A program made the position numbers and the translations under genes. This document shows, one piece after another, positions 27,386-36,623 of a stretch of DNA of 56,426 nt. Source of the DNA: Minisyncoccota bacterium (GTDB lineage: Bacteria > Patescibacteriota > Minisyncoccia > Minisyncoccales > JAQTVQ01); contig JBAZHV010000002.1 in NCBI GenBank assembly GCA_041652155.1, positions 1 to 56,426 of the forward strand, in the 5' to 3' direction. The notes below the pieces were generated by a model. The model did not search any database and was not told the DNA's origin. It saw nothing but the letters and a program-made list of their open reading frames with translations. Position 1 is the stretch's first letter. Every line of letters begins with the position of its first letter.

Positions 27386-27401
27386 CGATAGATGTTCGAT
27401 T

Positions 27402-28025
27402 TTAACGTTTGCTGAATTGCGGTGCTTTGCGGGCTCCTTTCAATCCCGGTTTCTTTCTTTCTTTTCTTCTGGAATCTCTGGTCAAGAATCCGGCCTTCTT
27501 CAATCTCTTCCTGTAGTCGATGCTGAAGTTGATCAAAGCTCTGGCAACGGCCAATCTGATGGCTTCGGCCTGAGAAGACAATCCTCCCCCTCTGACCCTT
27601 ACCATCACTCTGAACCTTTCCAGCGACTTCATTTTATTGAGAGAAGCTGTCGCTTTCTGCTGAAGATCGTATATCTGAAAATACTGTTTGTAATCTTTAT
27701 CATTGACGATAAATTCTTTGGCTCCGCGGGTAAAAAGCAACGCGCGGGCGGAAGAGGTCTTTCTGCGGCCAACTCCGGCGAAAAATTTAGCTGTTTTGTC
27801 GGTAGGCTCGGGAGCGATCTCCTCTCCGTCGATGATGACCGGGGCGTTCGACAGCTCGGTAGATTCGATCTCGGGAGTCTCTTCTTTGGCCTCCTCAACC
27901 ACCACTTCAACTTCGACCTCAACTTCCTCAACGATCTCCGGTTTCTTGGCGATCTTTTTCACAGCTTCTTCTTTTTTGGCTGGAGCTTTCTTTTTGGTTG
28001 TTGTTTCTTTTGTTTTTGTTGGCAT
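27402..28025 (-). CDS. rpsI: 30S ribosomal protein S9 with an N-terminal Lys/Glu/Val-rich extension of about 75 aa
   Basis: The S9 core runs from GVGRRKTSSARA to RKERKKPGLKGARKAPQFSKR. The extension is read directly. Confidence 0.9.
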   Translation of the reverse strand: MPTKTKETTTKKKAPAKKEEAVKKIAKKPEIVEEVEVEVEVVVEEAKEETPEIESTELSNAPVIIDGEEIAPEPTDKTAKFFAGVGRRKTSSARALLFTRGAKEFIVNDKDYKQYFQIYDLQQKATASLNKMKSLERFRVMVRVRGGGLSSQAEAIRLAVARALINFSIDYRKRLKKAGFLTRDSRRKERKKPGLKGARKAPQFSKR

Positions 28026-28038
28026 ATTGATCGCAAGA

Positions 28039-28392
28039 TTATTGCTGGAATTTAAGTCTTTTTATCTGGATCGGTCTCAATTTATTCTTAGGCATCATTC
28101 CCGAAACAGCTCTTTTTAAAACCTCTCCAGGGTTTTTCTCAAAAACTTCCGAAACAGGCTGCTCTTTGTCGTTTCCCAAAAATCCGGTATGGATAAAATA
28201 CGTTTCTTTGGAAAGTTTGTTGCCGGTAAAAAGGATCCTCTTGGCATTTTTCACAACTACAAAATCGCCGCCGTCTTTGTTCGGAGCAAAATCCGGTTTT
28301 TGCTTCCCTCTCAGGTAGACAACTATTTCTGTTGCCAGCCTTCCAAGAGGCTTGTTGGCAGCGTCAATGATATGTGTTTGTCTTGCTTCCAT
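28039..28392 (-). CDS. rplM: 50S ribosomal protein L13
   Basis: LGRLATEIVVYLRGKQKPDF motif and position upstream of rpsI. Confidence 0.9.
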   Translation of the reverse strand: MEARQTHIIDAANKPLGRLATEIVVYLRGKQKPDFAPNKDGGDFVVVKNAKRILFTGNKLSKETYFIHTGFLGNDKEQPVSEVFEKNPGEVLKRAVSGMMPKNKLRPIQIKRLKFQQ

Positions 28393-28409
28393 ATAATTTG
28401 ATACTTAAC

Positions 28410-28760
28410 TTATTTAACTAATTCAATTATGGCCATCTTGGCTCCATCTGTCTTTCTGGCTCCGAGCTTGGTAACGCGGGTATATCCGCCGGGGCGATCT
28501 TTGTACTGCGGCGCAATGTCTTTGACCAATTTGGAAACTGCTTTCGGGCAAAAAAATCTGGCTAGATAGCGGGTGGCGGCCAAATCTCCTTTTTTGGCTC
28601 TGGTGATCTTCTTCTCGACAAAACCGGCCAATTCTTTAGCCTTGGCTTCTCCCGTCTTGATCTTTTCTTTTAGGATCAAAGAAGTTGCCATTGTTCTGAA
28701 CATAGCCTCTCTCTGGTCTTTCTCTCTATGAAATTTTCTGCCTTTGATTAGATTGCGCAT
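28410..28760 (-). CDS. rplQ: 50S ribosomal protein L17
   Basis: GRKFHREKDQREAMFRTMATSLI...GGYTRV. Confidence 0.9.
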   Translation of the reverse strand: MRNLIKGRKFHREKDQREAMFRTMATSLILKEKIKTGEAKAKELAGFVEKKITRAKKGDLAATRYLARFFCPKAVSKLVKDIAPQYKDRPGGYTRVTKLGARKTDGAKMAIIELVK

Positions 28761-28798
28761 CTTTCTTGTGATTTAATTAATAATATATAAGTTCAAAT

Positions 28799-29779
28799 TT
28801 ACAGCTTGAAGCCCAGATCCAATTTCTTTAAAGCTTTTCTGATCTCTTTCAATCCTTTCTCTCCCATGCCTTTCAAATTAGCCACTTCCTCTTCGTTCTT
28901 AGAAGTCAGGTCGGACACTTTAGATATCTTGTTCTCGGCCAAGACGTTCAATGTGCGGCTGGATATCTTCAATCCGCTCAGTTCTTTTTCGGAACCTTCG
29001 GCAGTTTCCTTAATTTTTGCTTCCGCCTTAGGGGCTTTTTCTTCTTTCACCTCTTCTTCTTGGACTTCCTCAACGGGAGCCTGAACTTTTATTTCCGGAT
29101 TCAAATTCTCTTTAAGGTACTGAAAACGGGACAGCAAAATGTCGAGAGCCTGGGAAAAAGCCGTCTCAGGATCTATTGTTCCGTCCGTCTCGATCTCCAA
29201 TTCAAGCTTGTCAAAATCGGTTCTGCCGCCGACGCGCATATTTTCCACTTTATAGTTGACGCTCTTGATAGGGGTGAAAATGGCATCCAAAGCGATGACC
29301 CCTATCTCCGGCTTTTTCTCCCTGATCGCATCTTGGGAAACATAGCCCACTCCTCTTTCTACCTGCAATTCCATTTCCAAAAATGTTTTTTTGTCATTGA
29401 TGGTGGCGATCAACATCTCGGGATTCATAAGTTCAACCTGTCCCGACAAAACCAGATCGGCTCCCGTCACCTCTTTTTCTCCCTGAACGCTTAAAGTGAC
29501 TTTCTGGGGCTCATCGGAAAAGCTCTTGAATCTTAGCATTTTCAATCTCATCAATATCTGCAAAACATCTTCCAACACTCCCGGTATGGTGGCAAATTCA
29601 TGCGGGACCCCTTTGATCCTTGCCTCGGTGGCGGCTGCCCCTTCCAAAGATGACAAAAGCACGCGCCTTAAGGCGTTTCCCAAGGTTATGCCGTATCCGG
29701 GCCACAAACCTTCCGTTTCGAAAGAAGCGGTGTTCTCATTGATCTTTTTTACCTTGAACGATTGAGGCAAAGGAATCAT
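28799..29779 (-). CDS. rpoA: DNA-directed RNA polymerase alpha subunit
   Basis: GYGITLGNALRRVLLSSL motif and a C-terminal domain LSSRTLNVLAENKI. Confidence 0.9.
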   Translation of the reverse strand: MIPLPQSFKVKKINENTASFETEGLWPGYGITLGNALRRVLLSSLEGAAATEARIKGVPHEFATIPGVLEDVLQILMRLKMLRFKSFSDEPQKVTLSVQGEKEVTGADLVLSGQVELMNPEMLIATINDKKTFLEMELQVERGVGYVSQDAIREKKPEIGVIALDAIFTPIKSVNYKVENMRVGGRTDFDKLELEIETDGTIDPETAFSQALDILLSRFQYLKENLNPEIKVQAPVEEVQEEEVKEEKAPKAEAKIKETAEGSEKELSGLKISSRTLNVLAENKISKVSDLTSKNEEEVANLKGMGEKGLKEIRKALKKLDLGFKL

Positions 29780-29848
29780 AATTTTTGGTTTATAACTATA
29801 TTAGTTTTTAACTCTTCTCTTACGCGGCTTATTTAGATTATTTGAAAG

Positions 29849-30472
29849 CTATCTGGAATAGTACTCGAAGACAGTAGTGATCTCGGCAGGCAATTGGGCA
29901 TCCTCCAAGGTTGGTTCTTTCTTAATAGCAACTTCCATTTTATCCTTATCCAATTCCAGCCAAGAGGGAGCATTGTATTTTTTCAAATTGACAGCCAAAT
30001 TTTTGAAAGCGCCGTCGGTAGCTTTGGCCACTGACAGTTTGTCTCCGATCTTCATACTGTAAGAAGGAATATCAACCGATTTTCCGTTGACCAAGAAATG
30101 TCCGTGGTTGACCAGCTGCCTGGCTTGGGATTTGGAAGCGGCAAAACCGGCTTTAAAAGCTACGTTGTCCATTCTTTTTTCCAATTTTTGGATAAGAACA
30201 TTAGTAACATCCTGCCCCGGTTTTCTGTGCTCCAATGTATCCTCAACGTAATTTCCGAATTGGTTACCGCTCAATTTATACCAGTTCTTCACTTTCTGTA
30301 ATTCATGAAGCTGCTTTCCGAATTCGGAAAGGGTCCTTCCTTTTCTTTTGGATTTTAATCCAGGAGCATAGGGCCTTTTGACCGCGGCGCATTTCGGAGT
30401 ATAGCAACGCTCGCCTTTCAAAAAAAGCTTTAAACCCAATCTTCTACAAATTTTGCATTTTAATTCTTGCAT
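29849..30472 (-). CDS. rpsD: 30S ribosomal protein S4
   Basis: CKICRRLGLKLFLKGERC and an S4 RNA-binding domain. Confidence 0.9.
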   Translation of the reverse strand: MQELKCKICRRLGLKLFLKGERCYTPKCAAVKRPYAPGLKSKRKGRTLSEFGKQLHELQKVKNWYKLSGNQFGNYVEDTLEHRKPGQDVTNVLIQKLEKRMDNVAFKAGFAASKSQARQLVNHGHFLVNGKSVDIPSYSMKIGDKLSVAKATDGAFKNLAVNLKKYNAPSWLELDKDKMEVAIKKEPTLEDAQLPAEITTVFEYYSR

Positions 30473-30506
30473 AGGAATTGATCGATATAACTTGCTTGGT
30501 TAAATT

Positions 30507-30959
30507 CTATAATTTTCTTGGTTTTTTAGCGCGGCATCCGTTGTGCGGAACCGGAGTTTTGTCTATTATCGAAATGATGTCAAATCCCTGGTTGGAGATC
30601 GATCTCAAAGCCGATTCGCGGCCGGATCCGATCCCTTTAACATTCACTCCAATCCTCTTGATGCCGAGCTTGATGGCTACCTGGCCGACAGCTTCGGCTA
30701 CCTTTGAGGAAGCGAACGGGGTTGATTTCTTGGTGCCTTTGAATCCGATGGCGCCGGAGCTCTTCTGAGCCAAAACATTTCCAAAATTATCGGTCAAAAC
30801 GATGATAGTGTTGTTGTAGGAGCTGAAGATGCAAATCTTTCCTTCTTTGGCTGCCGGGATCTTGGCAACGACCTGCTCTTTTGCAACAGCCTTTTCAGCG
30901 GTTTCTTTTTCTTTTACGAGCTCCTCTGGAGCTGTTTGAATTATTCTTTTTTTACCCAT
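30507..30959 (-). CDS. rpsK: 30S ribosomal protein S11
   Basis: FNNTIIVLTD...GFKGTKKSTPFA...PHNGCRAKKPRK-type motifs. Confidence 0.9.
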   Translation of the reverse strand: MGKKRIIQTAPEELVKEKETAEKAVAKEQVVAKIPAAKEGKICIFSSYNNTIIVLTDNFGNVLAQKSSGAIGFKGTKKSTPFASSKVAEAVGQVAIKLGIKRIGVNVKGIGSGRESALRSISNQGFDIISIIDKTPVPHNGCRAKKPRKL

Positions 30960-31004
30960 AGGAATTTTTAATACAAATAAAATTAAACTATACCGCTAAA
31001 GACT

Positions 31005-31394
31005 TTATTTAGCGGATGGAGCGGCCTTTCTTCCCGAACCAACCGTCTTTCTCACGTTCCCTCTTACCGTGCGGCTGTTGATCCTGGTGGTTTGGCCTCT
31101 TACGGTCAATCCCTTGATATGGCGATATCCGCGATAGGAACCGATATCTTTCAGCCTCTTCACGCTCGTCATTAAGGTTCTTCTTAATTCTCCTTCGACT
31201 TTATGCCTTTTTTCGACAATATCTTTAAGGGCGGCTATCTCCTGCTGGTCCAAATCCTTGGCGATCTTGTTGGCCGGAATGTTAGCCTCGGCTAATATTT
31301 TTTTGCTCAAAACCCGGCCTATTCCGTAGATGTAGGTCAGGGCGATCTCTATTTGTTTGTTTTCTGGGAGATTGACTCCTGCAATACGTGCCAT
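31005..31394 (-). CDS. rpsM: 30S ribosomal protein S13
   Basis: MARIAGVNLPENKQIEIALTYIYGIG. Confidence 0.9.
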   Translation of the reverse strand: MARIAGVNLPENKQIEIALTYIYGIGRVLSKKILAEANIPANKIAKDLDQQEIAALKDIVEKRHKVEGELRRTLMTSVKRLKDIGSYRGYRHIKGLTVRGQTTRINSRTVRGNVRKTVGSGRKAAPSAK

Positions 31395-31421
31395 TTGTTT
31401 AGTTTGTTAATTAAATTAAAA

Positions 31422-31538
31422 TTACCCCTGTCTTTGTTTGTGCTTAGGGTTTTTCTTACAGATTACATAAACATATCCTTTTCTGCGGACAATTTTGCAA
31501 TCGTTGCAAATCTTTTTAACTGATGGTCTAACTTTCAC
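31422..31538 (-). CDS. rpmJ: 50S ribosomal protein L36 (GTG start). It is absent from the ORF track because it is short.
   Basis: Hand translation of the minus strand gives (M)[37 protein letters not shown]. Confidence 0.85.
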   Translation of the reverse strand: MKVRPSVKKICNDCKIVRRKGYVYVICKKNPKHKQRQG

Positions 31539-31614
31539 AAAATCAAAATCCCAATGGACAACTCGAAATTATCTTAAAGATAATTTTGAATTAATGGCCA
31601 TTGGAACCTAATAA

Positions 31615-31839
31615 TCACCTTCCTCGGTAAGTTATTCTGCCCCTAGCTTTATCGTAAGGGGTTAGTTCCACTGTAACTTTATCTCCGGGGAGAATTTTAA
31701 TTCTATTAATTCTCAACCTGCCGGCTAAATGGGCAAAGACTAATGATTTGTCCTCGTTCAATTCTACCCTAAAAGTAGCATTTGGCAGACTCTCCACCAC
31801 AACTCCTTCTTTTCTGATTTTTTCTTCTTTTTTTTCCAT
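31615..31839 (-). CDS. infA: Translation initiation factor IF-1
   Basis: [21 protein letters not shown]...[16 protein letters not shown]. Confidence 0.9.
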   Translation of the reverse strand: MEKKEEKIRKEGVVVESLPNATFRVELNEDKSLVFAHLAGRLRINRIKILPGDKVTVELTPYDKARGRITYRGR

Positions 31840-31891
31840 TAGTTCTAAAGCAAAAATAGTTTAACAAAAAACCTAATTTTGGTCAACCCCG

Positions 31892-33154
31892 TTAAAAGAT
31901 TATCTTGATCTCCACCTTGTCCGCGTCCGACGGGACCTTAGTCTTCCAAAAAGGAGAAACCTTGATGCCGGTTTTTTCCGCGCCCGGAGTTTTGCCGAGA
32001 AGAGACTCGGCGTAGTCCAGCGGCTGGCCTGTTAAAGAATTCTTGACCTTCTCTTCATCGTCTAAGATATACGTTTTTAACGATCCTGACAAGCCCAGCT
32101 GGCCGGACTTCTGGCTAAAATCGATATTCTTGGCATCGAAAACCGGCTGGAGGCTTTTGTCCACGATCTTCTTGCCCGACGATGAACCTGCCACCAAGGC
32201 CGTAAAATAATCCCCCACATCGCTGTCCTTGAACACCAAAACTTTGGAGACTATTTTAGCCGACATCTCAAAAGCGTCCGTTGCGTCCTTCTCCTTGGCG
32301 GAAATGGACAGCTCTCCGCTAATCTCTTGCGACATAAAATTGCTCAACAGGCGCATCGTGATCGGGATCTTTTTCTTTAAAGATCCTTCTCCGGCTTTAA
32401 AAGCGTTCTGCGTAAATTGATCTTTGGCCTTAGCCAAGTCTTGAGCGGAAACGACCTTGGCTCCTTCTTCGGATCCTCCTCGAATCGCTTTGGAATTCTC
32501 TCCCCAGATGCAATTGGTCCCGCTTAATTTCAATACGGAAAACTTTTCAGGCTCGATATTGTAATCTGCTCCGCCTTCGGCGGCTTCGATCTGCACGTCG
32601 ACATAGCCTGCGGATATCTTGCCTTTTTCATATTTGGCGGCAGGGATCTTTATCTCGCTCAAAGATTTGAATATAAGCTTGCTGTCTTTGGAAACAAACT
32701 GGGTTCCTTTGACAAAATTGAAAGAGCGGACGGGATCGCATTCGTTATATATCCTCAATGCGCCAACGGCCTTGGTCTTGCTCTCCGATTGCCCTGTCGC
32801 TTCAAAAGTTTCTTTATAGTCCAAGACATCTTCTATCACTGACCCGGGAATGATCTTTTGGTCCGCGTCTATCTTTGTCGCGCCGTCCTTTATCGTTATT
32901 TGCTCTTCTATCTTGACCATCTCCTGTTTCGGCCAAATTTCGACCACAGCCTTGGCCTCGACAAAGAAATAAGCCGCTCCGGCGCCGGCGGCCGCGACAA
33001 CAAACAGGGGCAGAACGAACTTGGCGGGAAAAGAAGACGGCCCGCCGCCGGAACTTTTCTTTTTTAAATTGGATCTGGAAACAAAAGACCTCGCCCGGCC
33101 TTCTTCACCTTGGTTGTACCCCGGAGGGATTATATCGAATATTTTTTTAACCAT
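31892..33154 (-). CDS. Hypothetical membrane-anchored extracytoplasmic protein
   Basis: The likely start is MVKKIFDIIPP at 33154, because the ORF-track start at 33304 overlaps alaS. There is one TM helix (FVLPLFVVAAAGAGAAYFFV) followed by a beta-rich region. Confidence 0.6.
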   Translation of the reverse strand: MVKKIFDIIPPGYNQGEEGRARSFVSRSNLKKKSSGGGPSSFPAKFVLPLFVVAAAGAGAAYFFVEAKAVVEIWPKQEMVKIEEQITIKDGATKIDADQKIIPGSVIEDVLDYKETFEATGQSESKTKAVGALRIYNECDPVRSFNFVKGTQFVSKDSKLIFKSLSEIKIPAAKYEKGKISAGYVDVQIEAAEGGADYNIEPEKFSVLKLSGTNCIWGENSKAIRGGSEEGAKVVSAQDLAKAKDQFTQNAFKAGEGSLKKKIPITMRLLSNFMSQEISGELSISAKEKDATDAFEMSAKIVSKVLVFKDSDVGDYFTALVAGSSSGKKIVDKSLQPVFDAKNIDFSQKSGQLGLSGSLKTYILDDEEKVKNSLTGQPLDYAESLLGKTPGAEKTGIKVSPFWKTKVPSDADKVEIKIIF

Positions 33155-33177
33155 AGACCAACGAATTAAAATTAATT

Positions 33178-35037
33178 TTAATCTAGCACCGCTTTGATCC
33201 TTCTTACTCCGGCGCCGGAGCTTTCTTCTTTGGATATTTTGAAATGGCTCAACTCGCCGGTATTTTTGACGTGCGGACCGCCGCAGATCTCTTTGGAGAA
33301 CCATCCGATAGTGTAAACCTTGACCTTGTCTCCGTACTTGCTTTCGAAAGCGCCCATCGCTTTCTGCTCTTTCGCTTCCTCGAGGGACATTTCTTCTTCT
33401 TTCACATCAACCTTCTTTACGATCTGCTCATTGACCAGATCCTCGACTTTGCTTATCTGCTCCGGGGTCATTTTTTCGGTATGGGAAAAATCGAACCTTA
33501 AACGCTCGGCGGTGATGTTGGATCCTTTTTGCATTACGTGATCGCCCAGAACTCTGCGCAGAGCGGCCAGCATCAAATGGGCGGCCGTATGCAATTTGGT
33601 GGTCTGTTCTCCGGCATCCGCCAACCCGCCTTTGAACATTCCGGCGCTGGCGGTGCGGGACAGTTCCTGATGTTTATCGAATTCATTTTTAAAATTATCG
33701 ACCGCGCCGCTATCAACTGAAATATTTTCTTCTTTAACAATCTCCAAGCTCAACTCCAATGGAAAACCAAAACTTTGATAAAGATCGAACAACTGTTTTC
33801 CCGACAATGAATTGCCGCTGTTAACAGCCTGTCTTCTGAATTCTTTTAACCCCTCGCTAAGAGTTTTTCTGAATTTTGTTTCTTCTTTTTCCAGTTCGAT
33901 ATTAATGGCAGGATTCGAAAGGTCATAAACTCCTTCATATATTTTACGCACCGCTTCGGCCATAGAGACCATAAAATTATCGTCTATCCCGAGCTTTTGA
34001 GCTTTCGCAACGGCGCGCCTTATCAAACGCCTGGCAAAATAGCCCCTTTCTTTGTTGGAAGGTATGACGCCGTCGGCGATCAGAAATACCGCTCCTCTGG
34101 CATGATCGGCGACGATGCGAAAAGCCTTGTCCTGCTCGCTTTCCGAACTGTCATATTTTTTACCGGACAGCTCTTCCATCTTTTCTATTATCGGACTGAA
34201 AAGATCGGACCTGAAAACATCCGGACTGTTCAAAGACGCGGCGGCAATGCGCTCCAGCCCGCCGCCGAAATCAACGTTCTTGTTGGAAGGTTTTATGCCG
34301 TCCTTTTCTTTGACGTACTGCATAAAAACATTGTTGCCGATCTCGAAAAACCGGCCGCAATCGCAGTTAACGTGGCAGGGCTGATCGCGCCATTGGGAAT
34401 TTTCGTGCAGTTTCATCTCCGGACCGAAATCCCAGAACATCTCCGAGTCGGGACCGCCCAGTTCGCCGACCGGCATATCCGCCGGATTGCCGGCGCGCGA
34501 CCACCAATTCTTGTTCTCGTCGTAATAAAATATTCTTCCGTTCTGCATCCCGTCCCTTTCCGAAAAATCGACATCTTTGGCTTCGACCCCGGCGGCGCTG
34601 AAAAGTTTTTTCCAAATCTCGGCCGTCTCTGTGTCTTTGGGTATCCCGCATTCTTTGCTTCCCCTGAAAGCGGTGACGTAAAGGCGCTTCGGGTCCAGAC
34701 CAACCTCTTTGGTCAAAAATTCGAAAATCCAGGACAGCTGTTCCTGTTTGAAAAAATCGTTGAACGACCAGTCGCCAAGCATTTCAAAAAAAGTGTTATG
34801 GCGCAGGTCTCCCACCTCTTCGATGTCCTTGGCGCGGAAGCACTTTTGCGAGTTGGCGATGCGGTTGCCTAAAGGATGTTTTTCTCCAAGCAAATAAGGG
34901 ACCATCTGCTGCATCCCGGCGCTGGTGAATAGAGTTGTGGGATCGTTCTCGGGAACGACCGAGGTCGAAGGCACGATCTTGTGCCCTTTGCTCTCAAAAA
35001 ATCTTAAATATTTTTCCCGTATGTCTTTTGAATTCAT
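33178..35037 (-). CDS. alaS: Alanyl-tRNA synthetase, short form. Catalytic and editing domains are present and no C-Ala domain is visible.
   Basis: FTSAGMQQMVPYLLG catalytic motifs. Editing motifs are HTAAHLMLAAL and ICGGPHV. The protein ends soon after at 619 aa. Confidence 0.9.
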   Translation of the reverse strand: MNSKDIREKYLRFFESKGHKIVPSTSVVPENDPTTLFTSAGMQQMVPYLLGEKHPLGNRIANSQKCFRAKDIEEVGDLRHNTFFEMLGDWSFNDFFKQEQLSWIFEFLTKEVGLDPKRLYVTAFRGSKECGIPKDTETAEIWKKLFSAAGVEAKDVDFSERDGMQNGRIFYYDENKNWWSRAGNPADMPVGELGGPDSEMFWDFGPEMKLHENSQWRDQPCHVNCDCGRFFEIGNNVFMQYVKEKDGIKPSNKNVDFGGGLERIAAASLNSPDVFRSDLFSPIIEKMEELSGKKYDSSESEQDKAFRIVADHARGAVFLIADGVIPSNKERGYFARRLIRRAVAKAQKLGIDDNFMVSMAEAVRKIYEGVYDLSNPAINIELEKEETKFRKTLSEGLKEFRRQAVNSGNSLSGKQLFDLYQSFGFPLELSLEIVKEENISVDSGAVDNFKNEFDKHQELSRTASAGMFKGGLADAGEQTTKLHTAAHLMLAALRRVLGDHVMQKGSNITAERLRFDFSHTEKMTPEQISKVEDLVNEQIVKKVDVKEEEMSLEEAKEQKAMGAFESKYGDKVKVYTIGWFSKEICGGPHVKNTGELSHFKISKEESSGAGVRRIKAVLD

Positions 35038-35204
35038 AATGGTTGGCCGATTGTTATGCCTGCGGGCCGGGCCCGCGGGATGGATAAATTTGATCTGTTT
35101 CTGTTAATGCAAAAACCCATCATCAATGGATATATCTTATCAAAAAAAACACCCGATGGAAAATTTCATTGCGCGGACCATTGCGCACGTCCCGACAAAA
35201 ACCG

Positions 35205-35237
35205 GCAAAAAGAAAACCACAGCCCTCTTGGCTGTGG
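35205..35237 (-). terminator. Intrinsic terminator after the recJ-like gene
   Basis: On the minus strand, ccacagcc-aagag-ggctgtgg is followed by ttttcttttt. Confidence 0.6.
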
Positions 35238-35270
35238 ATAACTTTGCACAGGTCGGACCTGTGTAATTTT

Positions 35271-36470
35271 TTAGGGTTTCAGGTGGCTGAAATATTCTAT
35301 TAGGCTTTCTTTGAACTTTTCCAGGTTTTCATTCTTGACCGTGAATCCGGCGGCCGGCGGATGGCCTCCGAACATTTCCAGCAGATCGGCGCAAGCCGCC
35401 ATAGCTTTTACTACATCCATTCCTTTCGGAGCCCTGACCGATCCCCGGCTTGTTTCTTCTCTCATCGTATAAAGAAAAACCGGCTTGTCTGTCTGGTTAA
35501 GGATGCGCGAAGCCACGGCGCCGAGCAATTCAATATCCCAATTCTTAGAACCCTCAAAAATGATCGAGGAGGCTTTGTTCGCGATAATGAATTTCACTTC
35601 TTCCTCCAGCCCCTTTATTTCCTCTCGGTGGCGGATGCTTTTTTCCAACAGGAGTTCGGCCATCAACCTGGCTTGTTCGTTGTCGCCGGTGGTCAAAAGA
35701 AAATAGCTGTCGTGCTGGTGATCGTCCCTCACCGAAGCGACGTTCATAACCGAAATTATTTTGGAAATAAGATCGCGCCTCGAAGAAAAATCCTTGGCGT
35801 TGAATATCTCGAAAAATACTTTGACCCCCGGCCTCTGGGAATGTTCTATGTCCGAGAGCCCCTCTACAATGATCTCGCTGTTATCTTCGATCTCGGGCAT
35901 CATATCGGCAATCGTGGCCAGAGCCGCCAGCTCCAAAAAGCTGCGCCTCAAACATTGGGACATTGATCCTCCCAAAAGCTCTTCGGCCAGCCTGAAGGCC
36001 AATCCCGCGTTGGCGAATTTGTTAAAAGATCTGTCGCCTTTTTGGTTGGGGTCGACGATAATATTCGCCTTGGGCATTTTGCCGCCGACCACCTGGTGAT
36101 GATCGACTATCATAACGGAAAATCCGAAAGATCTGGCTTTTTTCACTTCCTCATAGTTGGTAATGCCGCAATCCAAAGTTATAAGCAAAGACGGGCTCTT
36201 GCCGAATTTATCGTTCAAAAAATCCACCGCCGTACTGTTCAAACCGTATCCTTCGGTCTTTCTGTTCGGGAAATAAAAGCTAATCTGCGGCAGTTTCTGA
36301 TCTTTTTCAAGAATGGAATAAGAAACGTTGCATATCGATTCTTTGACTATGATCGCCGAGCTTACTCCGTCCATATCGGAATCGGCGTAAATGATTATAT
36401 TCTCTTCGTTCTTGATCGCCTCCTTTATCCTTAAAGCGGCCTTGCTCAAATTTTTTAGTTTAGGGTTCAT
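35271..36470 (-). CDS. RecJ-like DHH/DHHA1 phosphoesterase
   Basis: IIIYADSDMDGVSS, LITLDCGI, MIVDHHQV and GGHPPAAGFTV motifs. Confidence 0.8.
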   Translation of the reverse strand: MNPKLKNLSKAALRIKEAIKNEENIIIYADSDMDGVSSAIIVKESICNVSYSILEKDQKLPQISFYFPNRKTEGYGLNSTAVDFLNDKFGKSPSLLITLDCGITNYEEVKKARSFGFSVMIVDHHQVVGGKMPKANIIVDPNQKGDRSFNKFANAGLAFRLAEELLGGSMSQCLRRSFLELAALATIADMMPEIEDNSEIIVEGLSDIEHSQRPGVKVFFEIFNAKDFSSRRDLISKIISVMNVASVRDDHQHDSYFLLTTGDNEQARLMAELLLEKSIRHREEIKGLEEEVKFIIANKASSIIFEGSKNWDIELLGAVASRILNQTDKPVFLYTMREETSRGSVRAPKGMDVVKAMAACADLLEMFGGHPPAAGFTVKNENLEKFKESLIEYFSHLKP

Positions 36471-36623
36471 ATTCCATTAAATTTAATTCCTGATCTGTCT
36501 CGCTCGCCGCAAATTAAATTATATATACCAAAATAACAGCTGCGGCAAAGGGCCGGCGGCCGCTATGGCTGAAGCTCATCAACAATCGGCCCGGCAAAAA
36601 CGGTCCGAAACGCAACAAAAAAT

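Noticed and set aside
27225-28055. 276-aa plus-strand ORF starting in the hairpin element
   Set aside because: It is antisense to rpsI. Its start lies within a repeated non-coding hairpin, and its composition is low-complexity.
35038-35204. Possible T-box or leader riboswitch upstream of alaS
   Set aside because: No T-box consensus, specifier-loop or antiterminator arrangement is visible. Only a GC palindrome (cgcgggccgggcccgcg) is present.
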